Assembly: GCA_050248855.1 (NCBI GenBank)
Contig: JBFWRP010000021.1
Coordinates: 1-64,000, forward strand
Source: Planctomycetota bacterium
Lineage (GTDB): Bacteria; Planctomycetota; PLA2; JAEUHO01
Length of the DNA stretch: 64,000 bases
Direction: 5' to 3'
Below the pieces are notes generated by a model that was not told the DNA's origin, ran no database searches, and worked only from the letters and a program-made list of their open reading frames with translations. Shown here piece by piece: positions 1 through 9,415 of the stretch. The position numbers and the translations under genes were made by a program. The first letter of the stretch is position 1; every line of letters begins with the position of its first letter.

Positions 1-46
1 GACTCGCGCCCGGGGAATCGGGAGCGAGCGTGAGCGGGCTGGGGTC

Positions 47-520
47 CTACCAGCTGCGATCGCGGTCTCGACCGCCGCGGCCACCGCCGCCGCCGCCGCC
101 GTAGCCACCACCGCCGCCGCCGCCACGGCTGCCGCCGTAGCCACCGCCGCCGCCGCCACGGCCACCGCCGTAGCCGCCACCGCCGCCACCGCTGCGGCCG
201 CCGCCGCCGCCGTAGCCGCCACCGCCGCCGCCACGGCCACCGCCGAAGCCGCCGCCGCCACCACGCTCCTCACGGGGACGTGCGACGCTGACGCGCAGGG
301 CACGACCGCCGAAGTCCTGGCCATCCAGGCCCTCGACGGCGGCCTGTGCCTCGGCCGCGGAGCTCATTTCGACGAAGCCAAAGCCGCGCGGGCGGCCCGT
401 TTCGCGGTCCATCATGAGCGAAACGCGCACGATCTGACCGTAGGGAGAAAAGGCGTCCTCCAGATCCTGCTGCGAGCAGGAGAAGGGGATGTTTCCAACG
501 TAAAGGTTGTTCTCGGACAT
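47..520 (-). CDS. RRM (RNP-1) RNA-binding protein with Gly-rich C-terminal tail
   Basis: From ATG 520: MSENNLYVGNIPF (RNP2) ... TGRPRGFGFVEM (RNP1), then GGGGYGG/RGG repeats. Confidence 0.95.
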   Translation of the reverse strand: MSENNLYVGNIPFSCSQQDLEDAFSPYGQIVRVSLMMDRETGRPRGFGFVEMSSAAEAQAAVEGLDGQDFGGRALRVSVARPREERGGGGGFGGGRGGGGGGYGGGGGRSGGGGGGYGGGRGGGGGGYGGSRGGGGGGGYGGGGGGGRGGRDRDRSW

Positions 521-791
521 GGGAATCAGAAGTCTCCGGAATGCGGAAAGGCGCGGCACGATCAGGTCATCGCCTGCCGTGTGGTTCCGACGCCTCGGTA
601 CGAATCGAAAGGGAAAGCCGAAAAGCACGACGCGGAGTTCTTGGCGACGTCGGCGCAGCCAGGGAGACCCCAAGTGCGAAGGCGGGCGGCAAACAGGCGT
701 GATGCAATGGCGCGGGAAGGCTACCCGCGGCGGGAGCGGAAGCGGCGGGAAACCGGCCAGCGGATTCCGTCGGGACGCAAAGCGGTCGGGT

Positions 792-813
792 CGCGGCGCC
801 TCGAGGCGCCGCG
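792..813. repeat. perfect 22-bp palindrome (possible hairpin/terminator)
   Basis: CGCGGCGCCTCGAGGCGCCGCG, downstream of the minus-strand small ORF; no poly-U tract. Confidence 0.5.
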
Positions 814-858
814 GGAGCCCGGGAGGGGCGGGCGTCGGGGAGGCTTCCCTGCGCTGCG

Positions 859-1029
859 TCAGTCCTCGGACGAGGGGTCCATGAGCTCCATGAGCTCCTG
901 GGGGGTCAGCGGCTCGGAGTCCGGCGCCATCGGGTCGTCGGCGAGGCGCTCGACGCGGCGGCTGGCCTTGTCGCGCTTGGCTTGCATCTTGCGGCGCATC
1001 CGCTCGCGCTTCTGGGGGGACTCGGCCAT
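859..1029 (-). CDS. small hypothetical protein (56 aa, basic N-half, acidic C-half)
   Basis: GGAGGAG ribosome-binding site before ATG 1029; MAESPQKRERMRRKMQAKRDK... Confidence 0.6.
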   Translation of the reverse strand: MAESPQKRERMRRKMQAKRDKASRRVERLADDPMAPDSEPLTPQELMELMDPSSED

Positions 1030-1209
1030 GGCGGGCTCCTCCGATGGGGGACGAGGCTCCGGTCCGGCGCCGGCGGCCTCCTCGCCACGCCCCCGATCAG
1101 ACGGCCCGGGCGGCGCGCGAAGGGGGGAGGGTACCGGGGCGGGAGGCCCAGGGCCCGGTTTGGCGGGGGCGGGCCCTTCGAACGGCCTACCCGGTCGCAC
1201 GCGGCGACC

Positions 1210-1818
1210 TCAGGGCATCAGGTGGTCGGGGGGACCGGAGGACCAGCCGTTCCCGAAGAAGCCCGAGGCCGCGATGGCTTCGCCCGCGAGCCAGGCCGCC
1301 TCGTCCGCGCACTCGTTCGGGGCGGTGATCGTGAACCCTGCCCGGTGCTGGCTGCCGTAGGCGGCGGTCCCCATGAAGGTCTGGACGGGGGGGCGGGTCT
1401 CGTCGAACGGCAGCCCTTCGATCACGTGCACGAGAACCGTGCAGGTCCCGGCGCTGGGGGAGTCGACGACTTCGTACGCCAGGAAGTAGCGGACCACGTC
1501 CAGCTCGTTCGTGCCGCGATTGGACTCGAGCCCCAGCAGCGTGTCCCAGTCCATCATGAACGGGTCGTCGCGCGCGGTGTCGGCCGCGGGGCGCACGGTG
1601 TTGAACAGGCCCGTGTACGGGACCCGCTCGCTGAAGTCCGCCGTGGGCCGTCGCTCCTGCATCGCTGCCAGCGGCACGATCACGATGCCCGGGTAGTCCG
1701 AGCGGTCGAAGTCGAAGGGCGAGCGTTCGCCACCGCCTCCGCCGCACGCCGGCACGAGCAGCAGGGCGGCGATGACCAGCGGAAGCACGCCTCGTCGCGC
1801 ACATCGCGCGGTTCGCAT
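1210..1818 (-). CDS. hypothetical lipoprotein
   Basis: Signal peptide with lipobox-like VPAC followed by GGGGG; coding-like codon usage. Confidence 0.8.
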   Translation of the reverse strand: MRTARCARRGVLPLVIAALLLVPACGGGGGERSPFDFDRSDYPGIVIVPLAAMQERRPTADFSERVPYTGLFNTVRPAADTARDDPFMMDWDTLLGLESNRGTNELDVVRYFLAYEVVDSPSAGTCTVLVHVIEGLPFDETRPPVQTFMGTAAYGSQHRAGFTITAPNECADEAAWLAGEAIAASGFFGNGWSSGPPDHLMP

Positions 1819-1991
1819 GGGAGTCCCCCTTGCCGTGGGCCAAGGAGACGGGGCACCAGAGTCTGCCTCCGCCCGCGCGTGGCCCCTTCCACCCTACGGC
1901 AGGGCGCCGACTCGCGCCCGTCGGGGTGCCGGGACGGGCGTTCAAGTCCAGGTTGGTCGGCGCGGCGCCGCCCGGATAGGGGAAGGGGGCC

Positions 1992-3476
1992 ATGGCCACC
2001 GACCTACCCGCCTCGCCCCGCCTCTTGCTCGCTGGTGCGACGGGGTACGTCGGTGGGCGCCTCCTGCGTGCCCTCGAGGCGCGCGGCGAGCCCCTGCGCT
2101 GCTTGGCGCGACGGCCGGAGGACCTGGCAGCGGGTCGACCGGGCTCGACGGAGGTCGTACGGGGCGACGTGTTCGACCCCGCCTCGCTGGCCACGGCCAT
2201 GGCGGGCATCCATACGGCTTGGTACCTGATCCACTCGATGGGCAGCGCGGGCGACTTCGAGTCCCGCGACCGTGAAGCGGCGAGCAGCTTTGCCGAAGCG
2301 GCGGCGCGCGCCGGCGTGCGTCGGATCATCTACCTCGGGGGATCCGGCCGCAGCGAGGACGGGCTCAGCACCCACCTACGCAGCCGACAAGAGGTGGGCC
2401 GCGTGCTTGCCTCCACCGGCGTGCCCGTCATCGAGCTGCGGGCCTCGATCAGCATCGGCTCGGGCAGCCTCTCCTTCGAGATGGTCCGCGCGTTGACCGA
2501 ACGCCTTCCCGTGCTGATCACGCCCCGCTGGGTCGGTGTGGAGGCGCAGCCGATCCTGGTCACCGACGTCATCGCGTACCTGCTGGCAGCTCGCGACCTC
2601 CCCGAAGGCGAGGCGGGCGTGTTCGAGATCGGCGGCGCGGACGTGTGCACGTACGGCGATCTCATCCGCGAGTACGCGCGGCAGCGCGGCCTCAAGCGCA
2701 CGTTGCTGCCGGTCCCCTTCCTCACGCCTCGCCTGAGCAGCCTTTGGCTCGGCTTGGTGACGCCGGTCTACGCCCGCGTCGGCCGCAAGCTCATCGACAG
2801 CATCCGCCATCCGACCGTCGTGACCGACGACCGGGCCGCGCGTACGTTCCCGGACATCCATCCCTGCGGGGTGCGCGAGGCCATCGAGCGCGTTCTGCGC
2901 AAGGAGGCCGACGCCGTCATCGAGACGCGCTGGTGCGACGCCGTGTCGTCGGCCGGCGAGGTGCGCAGCCTCGAGGGGCGACGCCTGGGCGCGCGGCGCA
3001 TCGACCGCAGGTCGCACCTCGTGGGCGTACCGCCTGCGCGGGCCTTCGCGCCCGTGCGCCAGATCGGCGGGCGCCGCGGGTGGTACTACGGCAACGCGCT
3101 CTGGCGCCTACGCGGGTTCCTGGACCTGCTGGTGGGGGGCGTCGGTCTGCGGCGCGGTCGACGAGACCCCGACGACCTCCGCGTGGGTGAGCCGCTCGAC
3201 TTCTGGCGCGTCGAGGCCTACGAACCCGATCACCGCCTGCTGCTGCGCGCGGAGATGAAGGTTCCCGGTCGTGCCTGGCTCGAATTCACGGTGGAGCCAG
3301 AGGGAGAGGGCAGTCGGATCTGGCAGACGGCCGTGTTCGACCCCCTCGGCGTGTCCGGACGCCTCTACTGGTATGCGGTCTGGCCTTTGCATGTCCTCGT
3401 CTTCCGCGGCATGCTCCGGCGCATCGCGGAACATGCCGAGCGCGTGACGCCTCCGGCGTCGTCCGCGCGGTCGTGA
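1992..3476 (+). CDS. SDR/NAD(P)-binding oxidoreductase with C-terminal DUF2867 (YbjT-like)
   Basis: LLAGATGYVGG Rossmann motif, YLIHSM, C-terminal IGG..GWYY, DFWRVE, LRAEMKVPGRAWLEF. Confidence 0.92.
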   Translation: MATDLPASPRLLLAGATGYVGGRLLRALEARGEPLRCLARRPEDLAAGRPGSTEVVRGDVFDPASLATAMAGIHTAWYLIHSMGSAGDFESRDREAASSFAEAAARAGVRRIIYLGGSGRSEDGLSTHLRSRQEVGRVLASTGVPVIELRASISIGSGSLSFEMVRALTERLPVLITPRWVGVEAQPILVTDVIAYLLAARDLPEGEAGVFEIGGADVCTYGDLIREYARQRGLKRTLLPVPFLTPRLSSLWLGLVTPVYARVGRKLIDSIRHPTVVTDDRAARTFPDIHPCGVREAIERVLRKEADAVIETRWCDAVSSAGEVRSLEGRRLGARRIDRRSHLVGVPPARAFAPVRQIGGRRGWYYGNALWRLRGFLDLLVGGVGLRRGRRDPDDLRVGEPLDFWRVEAYEPDHRLLLRAEMKVPGRAWLEFTVEPEGEGSRIWQTAVFDPLGVSGRLYWYAVWPLHVLVFRGMLRRIAEHAERVTPPASSARS

Positions 3477-3495
3477 CGGTTCCCGGGAGGACTTC

Positions 3496-3945
3496 ATGCG
3501 CGTGCTCGCCCTGGCCCTTCTCTTCGCGGGTGGTTGGGTCGCGGGGTGCGGGGATCCGGGCCCCGCGAGCCCGGGTGCCGTGTCGCCGCAGCCGCCGGAG
3601 GTGGTGGTCCGCGGCCGGATCGAAGCTCTCTTCCAAGCCGTTCGCCAAGACGACGTCAAGGCGGTCCTCCCGTTCGTGGCGCGGCGGGGTGACGGCGAGG
3701 AGCGTCGCTTCGTCGCCTTGACGGGGACCGAGCGCGAGATGCAGGAGCTCCCGCGCATCCGGAGCCAGATCGCAAAGCATGTGGCTGCCGGTACGGCGCA
3801 CTTCGATCGTTTCGAGACGCAGGAGAAGCGCGGCCAGTCGTGGCTCGCCTGGCACCTCGTGTTCGGCGAGGGCGAGGGGGCCGTCAAGGCGCTCTATGCG
3901 TTCGTGGACATCGACGGGACGTGGTTGCTGGGCGACATCGACTGA
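3496..3945 (+). CDS. hypothetical lipoprotein
   Basis: GGAGG RBS; lipobox VAGC; C-terminal DGTWLL resembles an NTF2-like end. Confidence 0.75.
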   Translation: MRVLALALLFAGGWVAGCGDPGPASPGAVSPQPPEVVVRGRIEALFQAVRQDDVKAVLPFVARRGDGEERRFVALTGTEREMQELPRIRSQIAKHVAAGTAHFDRFETQEKRGQSWLAWHLVFGEGEGAVKALYAFVDIDGTWLLGDID

Positions 3946-3949
3946 CTGC

Positions 3950-5587
3950 TCACGCGATCGGGGCGACCAGCCCGAGAACCTGGTCGGCCATCGCCGTGCC
4001 CACCTCCGTCTCGTCGCCGACCACCACGTGCGCGCCGGCTGCGAGCAGCTCCTGCGCGTGGATCTTGTAGCGCGAGCGGACCACGAAGATCGCCGTGGGC
4101 GCCACGGCCCGCGCGCGCTCCAGCACGAGGCGCGCAGCCGTCGGCGCGGGCAGGGTGATCACGATCACCCTGGCCTCGCGGGCGTGGGCATGCTCCAGGA
4201 CGTCGGCGCTGCTGGCATCGCCGACATGGCAGTGCAGCCCCAGGTCGATCGCCTGCTGGCGCGCGGCGGCGTTCAGCTCGATGACGGCCGCGGGTCGTCC
4301 CGTCGCGGCCAGCGCGCGGCCCACGGCCTGTCCCGCGGGGCCGAAGCCCACGATCAACACCTCGGGCACCGGCGCGGTGGACTCGCCATCGGGTGCGTCG
4401 TCCACGTCACCTCGACGGCGGGCCACCCAGGCCCCGAGGGCCGGCGCCGCCCGGACCAGCCAAGGCGTGACCAGCAGCGTGACCATCGCCACCGACACGA
4501 CGAGCATGTAGAGCTCGTCGGAGACGACACCGCCGTCGCGCCCCAGCTTGCCGAGCACGAACGAGAACTCGCCGACCTGGGCCAGGCAGAGGCCGGTGGC
4601 CGCCGCGACGCTGGCGGGCTTGCCCAGGGCCACCAAGGTCGTCCGCGTCACGAAGGCCTTGCCCACCAGGACGAGCGTGGAGACACCCAGCACGAGCACG
4701 AGGTTGCGACCGATCCAGAGCGGGTCGGCGAGCATGCCGACCGAGGCGAAGAAGAGCGTCAGCAACACCGCCCGCAGCGACGCGATGTCCGCGCGCACTT
4801 GCGTGGCAAACGGCGAGGCGCCCAGGAACAGACCAGCGGCGAACGCCCCGAGCGCCGGACTGATGCCGATGCCGTGCGCACCCCATGCCGCACCGAGGCC
4901 CAGCACGACGGCCAGCAACACGGCGAACTCCCGGTTGCGCTCGACGCTGGTCACGCCGAGCAAGCGCACGATGACGTGCTTCAGGAGCAGGTGCAGGCCC
5001 ACGACGAACAGCGCGGCCAGCCCCAATGTCTTGCCGACGTCGAGCAGGATCTCGCCGGCCGTCCCGCCGCGCCCCAGGAAGGCGAGGACGAGCGTGAGCG
5101 GGACCACGGCCATGTCCTGCACGAGGAGCACCGCGAGGGAGGCACGGCCGTGCTCGGCGTCCAGGTCCGAACGCTCGACCAACAGGCGCAAGACGGCCGC
5201 CGTGCTGCTGAGGGCCAGCATGGCGCCGACGGCGATGCCCGTCGCGAGGCCTCCTCCCGTCGCGACCACGGCCACGAGGCCCACCAGCAGCGTGGCGCCG
5301 ACTTGCACCCAGCCTGCCAGCAACGTGGTCCGCCCGAGCTGCTTCAGCCGGCTCCAGGAGAACTCCAGGCCCAACCCGAACAGCAAGAGCGCCACGCCGA
5401 GCTCGGCGATGGCTTCGATGTCCCGCGCGGAGGTGACCAGACCCACGCTGCCGGGCCCGCCGAGCACCATCCCGACGAGCAGGTAGCCGACCAGGGGGCT
5501 CTGGCCGAGACGGGCAAGCAGCGAGCCCCCCGCCAAGCAGGCTGCGAGCAGCACGACGATCTCGAAGACCAGGCGCCAGCCGTCCAT
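3950..5587 (-). CDS. CPA2 (Kef-type) cation:proton antiporter with TrkA-N/KTN domain
   Basis: AELGVALLLFGLGLE, LSSTA, LLVQD, QVGEFSFVL; C-terminal IVGFGPAG and GDAS. Confidence 0.95.
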   Translation of the reverse strand: MDGWRLVFEIVVLLAACLAGGSLLARLGQSPLVGYLLVGMVLGGPGSVGLVTSARDIEAIAELGVALLLFGLGLEFSWSRLKQLGRTTLLAGWVQVGATLLVGLVAVVATGGGLATGIAVGAMLALSSTAAVLRLLVERSDLDAEHGRASLAVLLVQDMAVVPLTLVLAFLGRGGTAGEILLDVGKTLGLAALFVVGLHLLLKHVIVRLLGVTSVERNREFAVLLAVVLGLGAAWGAHGIGISPALGAFAAGLFLGASPFATQVRADIASLRAVLLTLFFASVGMLADPLWIGRNLVLVLGVSTLVLVGKAFVTRTTLVALGKPASVAAATGLCLAQVGEFSFVLGKLGRDGGVVSDELYMLVVSVAMVTLLVTPWLVRAAPALGAWVARRRGDVDDAPDGESTAPVPEVLIVGFGPAGQAVGRALAATGRPAAVIELNAAARQQAIDLGLHCHVGDASSADVLEHAHAREARVIVITLPAPTAARLVLERARAVAPTAIFVVRSRYKIHAQELLAAGAHVVVGDETEVGTAMADQVLGLVAPIA

Positions 5588-5593
5588 CGCGGC

Positions 5594-5818
5594 CTACGTG
5601 TCGCGGGAGCCGGGCTTGGGCCGGGACCCCGGCTTCGGGCGCGGGTTCGGCTTGGGGCGCGGCGTGGGTTTGGGGCGCGGCGTCGCGACCGGCGGGGCGA
5701 AGACCTTGCGGCAGCTGCGGCACGTGACCGTGGTTGCACGGCGCGGCACGGCTTGGCGACGGCCGCAGTGCGGGCACGTCACCGTGCGCAGCCAGCCGAA
5801 GAATCCGGTCCAGAGCAT
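5594..5818 (-). CDS. small Zn-ribbon protein with Pro/Arg/Lys repeat tail
   Basis: CPHC...CRSC pair, then repeated RPKP; ends 6 nt upstream of the antiporter start; start may be 5848. Confidence 0.65.
   Translation of the reverse strand: MLWTGFFGWLRTVTCPHCGRRQAVPRRATTVTCRSCRKVFAPPVATPRPKPTPRPKPNPRPKPGSRPKPGSRDT
5606..5677. repeat. four degenerate 18-nt tandem repeats encoding RPKPxx
   Basis: Units at 5606, 5624, 5642 and 5660 share the core GG(C/T)TT(G/C)GG. Confidence 0.75.
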
Positions 5819-5934
5819 GGGGGGCGCCTCGTCCGACGAAGCCGGCATCGTACAGGGCTGCTTCCGCGTCTCGGCGCGCTCCCCAACCCGGGAAGCAGGG
5901 GTGCGAGCGCGCCGCGGGCCGTAGCATCCGCCGT

Positions 5935-7038
5935 GTGAAGCATCGGGTCGTGCACGTGGACCGCCAGCGCGCTTGGACCGGGCAGATGGGTCGCCTGCTC
6001 CGCGTGGCGGCGGGCACCCGCGATCGCGGGCACGACGTACGGATCATCGCCCCTGCCGAGTCGCCCTTGGCCGAGCGGGCCCCCGAGCTGGGCCTGCGCT
6101 TTCTTCCGCTTGCGTTTCGCGGGTGGCGGACGTGGCCGGCGGCGTTGGCGCTGGCCCGCCATCTCCGCGCCGAGCCCGCCGACGTGCTTCACGCCCACGG
6201 GGGCCGCGACCACCAAGTGGCCTGGGTAGCCCGTCGCCTCGCCCGTGTGCCGTTCCTCGTCCGGACCAAGCACAACCACACGCCGCTCAAGGGCGGTGCG
6301 CTCGGGCGGCGCGTGTATGCCAGTACCGATCGCGTGGTCGCCGTGTCGGACTTCACGCGCGAGCTGCTCCTGCGCGACGGCATCCCCGACGCGAAGATCC
6401 GCGTGGTGAAGACGGCCTTCGATCTCGAGCGCGTCGCGCCGCGCCCCAAGGACGCGGAGGTGCAGGCCGAGCTCGGGCTGACCGACGAGCACGTGGTCTT
6501 CGGCAACGTCTCGCGCCTGGCCGAGGAGAAGGGCATCGAGGAGCTGCTGCGCGCGGCGGCCCTGCTGCGCCGCCAGCCGGGCGGGGAGCGCATGCGCGTG
6601 GTGCTGGCGGGCAACACGCCGGAGCTGTGGACGAGCTTGGTGGAGGAGCTCGGCTTGGGCGACGTCGTCCACCTGCTGCCCTACCGCAAGGACGTGCGCC
6701 CGCTCGTGTCGGTGTTCGACGTCTTCGTCATGCCGTCCCGGGAAGAGGCGTTGGGCACCTCGTTGATCGAAGCCCTGGCGATGGGCAAGGCGGCGATCGG
6801 CGCCCGCGTGGGCGGCATCCCCGAGACGCTCGTGCCCGGGACGGGCTTGCTCGTACCCGCCCGCGACCCGCAGGCCCTGGCGGGCGCGATGGGGGAGCTG
6901 CTGGTGGATCCCGAGCGCCGCGCCGCCCTGGCCCAGGCCGGCCGGGAGCACGTCGTCCGGACCTACTCCTTGGAGCGCCTCGTGGGCGGCACCCTGTCGA
7001 TCTACGACGAGCTGCGGGCGGCAACGCCCTCGGCCTGA
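5935..7038 (+). CDS. glycosyltransferase family 4 (GT-B)
   Basis: DVLHAH, SRLAEEKG, DVFVMPSREEALGTSLIEALAMG, VGGIPE; GTG start 7 nt after TAGCAT. Confidence 0.93.
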   Translation: MKHRVVHVDRQRAWTGQMGRLLRVAAGTRDRGHDVRIIAPAESPLAERAPELGLRFLPLAFRGWRTWPAALALARHLRAEPADVLHAHGGRDHQVAWVARRLARVPFLVRTKHNHTPLKGGALGRRVYASTDRVVAVSDFTRELLLRDGIPDAKIRVVKTAFDLERVAPRPKDAEVQAELGLTDEHVVFGNVSRLAEEKGIEELLRAAALLRRQPGGERMRVVLAGNTPELWTSLVEELGLGDVVHLLPYRKDVRPLVSVFDVFVMPSREEALGTSLIEALAMGKAAIGARVGGIPETLVPGTGLLVPARDPQALAGAMGELLVDPERRAALAQAGREHVVRTYSLERLVGGTLSIYDELRAATPSA

Positions 7039-8183
7039 GCGATCGCCGCGAGCAGCACCTCCGTCTGGGCCTCGAGGCCGTACGGCCCGAGCGCCAGCTC
7101 GCGGCCCCGCTGGCCGAGTCGCCGCCGTCGCACGGGATCGGCCAGGAGCTCCGCGACCCCCGCAGCCACGTCCTCCACGGCGGGCGATGCCACGAGCACG
7201 CCGTTCTCCTCGTGCCGCACGACGTCCACGACGCCCCCCACGGCGGTGGCCACCACGGGCACGCCGGCCGCGCCAGCCTCGACGTAGACGATGCCGTAGC
7301 CCTCCACGGATCCTTGCCCGCTCATGTCCCGTGTGGCCATGACGAAGACGTCGGCCGCGGCACAGACCGCGGGCATCTCCTCCCGCGAGATCTGCCCGAG
7401 CAGATGCACGTGCTTCTCGACGCCCAGGCGCTTGACGGCAGCCTCGATGGAGCCTCGGCAGGGGCCGTCGCCCGCCAGGACCAGGTGGAGCCGGGGAAAC
7501 GTCGGCAGCAGGCGGGCCACGACCTCCACGAGGATCTCGTGCCCCTTGCGTTCCACGAACCGTCCCACGCCCAGGACGACCAGGGCGTCGCGCAGGCCAA
7601 GCCGCTCCCGAAGTCCTGCGCCCGAGGCCGTGGAGAACGGCGCCAGGTCGCTGACCGGGCGCACGCGCACGATCGAGGTCGGGGCGACGCCGCGGTCCAT
7701 GAGCAACGACTGCGTGAAGACGCTGTTGGCGATGTAGAGGTCCGGTGGCGTCCGCTCGATCAGGCGCCGCGTGCGGGCCTCGTGGGAGGCCTGCTCGCGC
7801 GGCAGCCACTCCTGTCCATGGCAGAACAGCAGCGAGGGGATGCCGCGCCGTCGCGCCCAGGCGATCGGCGTGCGCGCGATCTGGCGCGTCGCCACGAGCA
7901 GGGCACGCGGCTGGCCGCGCCGGCGAGCCGCCTTCCCGAGAGCCCAGCGCCAGCAGAGCGAGCGGGCGCGACGATGGAACGCATCGGGAATCCGGGACAC
8001 GCGATACGGCAGCAAGGTGTCCGTGGTGGGCCGGCTTGGGCCGACCGCCAGGACATGCGTCGGAACTTCCGCCTGCGCCAAGCCCCGCGCCACGGCCTCC
8101 ATCCACGTGCCGACGCCACCGCCGCGCCCCGCTTCAAACGGCGGAAACTCCGAGGTCGCCAGGAGCAGCTCACCCTCGCCCAT
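7002..8183 (-). CDS. glycosyltransferase family 4 (PimB-like)
   Basis: SEFPP..GGG, GRFVERKG, VEGYGIVYVEAGAAGVPVV, GGVVDVV; start could be 8252. Confidence 0.92.
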   Translation of the reverse strand: MGEGELLLATSEFPPFEAGRGGGVGTWMEAVARGLAQAEVPTHVLAVGPSRPTTDTLLPYRVSRIPDAFHRRARSLCWRWALGKAARRRGQPRALLVATRQIARTPIAWARRRGIPSLLFCHGQEWLPREQASHEARTRRLIERTPPDLYIANSVFTQSLLMDRGVAPTSIVRVRPVSDLAPFSTASGAGLRERLGLRDALVVLGVGRFVERKGHEILVEVVARLLPTFPRLHLVLAGDGPCRGSIEAAVKRLGVEKHVHLLGQISREEMPAVCAAADVFVMATRDMSGQGSVEGYGIVYVEAGAAGVPVVATAVGGVVDVVRHEENGVLVASPAVEDVAAGVAELLADPVRRRRLGQRGRELALGPYGLEAQTEVLLAAIAQAEGVAARSSS

Positions 8184-8855
8184 GGCCCAAGCGTACGGGC
8201 CGGCCACCAGCGACAGGCGATCGGTTCCCCCATCGGTCGGTTCGACGTCCATCGCCCGGCTCTGTCGGAAGGATTGCCCGGCTCAATGGCGCGTCGACAT
8301 CTCTCCTCGCAAATCGATCCCACATGCCAACCAACACGTATGCTGCGTCGGCGTCGCCGGTTGCTCGATAGCGTCAAACCTCCTTCTCATTCCACACATT
8401 TCCCCTTTTCTCCAAGAGGTTCCCGGCGACGCACTTCCCCCAGACCGCGTGCTACCGGTCGTCGTCTGGCCCCGCCTCGGCCGCATCGCGTGGGCCTGCT
8501 GACCACGACGCGACGATCTCGTCCTCGAAGGCGGGTTCGTCGCGCAAGGGCCGGCCAACGTGCCCCGAGGGGCGCAGGCCGATCCATGGGAACTCGAGAT
8601 CGGCGGGGCGCTCCCTGGGCAGGCCTACGAAGCACCGCGCGGTTAGGCTCTGGTTCGAAGGGCCCCCAGCGGCGTCGCCCGCCGCCTTCGCTGCGCGCGG
8701 CGCTCACGCGGATCCAGCTCCTCGGCGTGGACGGACCACGCCTGGGGGGCCGGATCGGCGCGCCCGTCCGCGCTCGGAGCGGCACGGCCGACTCGCTGCG
8801 GGATCGTTGGGAACCGGGCCTCACTTCTTCCGCAGTCCAGCAACGGAGTCTTCGC

Positions 8856-9317
8856 ATGTCCACGGGTTCACCGAACACGATCCGCCTGCACCGTGTGTTT
8901 CGCGCGCCGCCCGAGCGCGTCTACAAGGCCTTCCTCGATCCGGACGCACTCGTGAAGTGGATGGCGCCACATGGCTTCACGGCGCGCGTCCTCTCGATGG
9001 ACGCGCGCGAGGGAGGTAGCTACCGCATGGCCTTCACGAACTTCGGTACGGGAGCGCAACACAGCTTCGGTGGCACCTATCTCGAGCTCGTGCCTGGCAA
9101 GCGCCTTCGCTACAACGACCGCTTCGACGACCCTGCTCTGCCTGGCGAGATGGAGGTCACGGTGGACTTGGTCGAGGCGCCTCCCGGTACCGAGCTCACC
9201 ATCGTCCAAGCCGGCATCCCGTCCGTCATCCCGCCGACGCTCTGTGTCGCAGGCTGGCAGGAGTCGTTGGCGCTGCTTGCCCACGTCGTAGAGCCTGAGA
9301 TCCCCGACGGCGCCTGA
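8856..9317 (+). CDS. SRPBCC/AHSA1-like domain protein
   Basis: IRLHRVFRAPPERVYKAFLDPDALVKW, GGSYRMAF, GWQESL. Confidence 0.92.
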   Translation: MSTGSPNTIRLHRVFRAPPERVYKAFLDPDALVKWMAPHGFTARVLSMDAREGGSYRMAFTNFGTGAQHSFGGTYLELVPGKRLRYNDRFDDPALPGEMEVTVDLVEAPPGTELTIVQAGIPSVIPPTLCVAGWQESLALLAHVVEPEIPDGA

Positions 9318-9415
9318 GAGCCCGAGAGGAGCTATCGGGCTCGAGCCTCGGCCCGCCATGGCAGGCCGCGCCATCAGGCACCTCCGAGGCTGAGGTGGCA
9401 TTGCTGCCCAGCGTC

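Noticed and set aside
65..262. Dense GCC/CCG tandem repeats
   Set aside because: They encode the Gly-rich tail of the RRM protein and are not a CRISPR array or independent repeat.
745..825. c-di-GMP-I riboswitch-like words (GGAAAC ... GGACGCAAAGC) followed by a hairpin
   Set aside because: No GNRA tetraloop or receptor, and it lies on the plus strand between two minus-strand genes with no gene to control.
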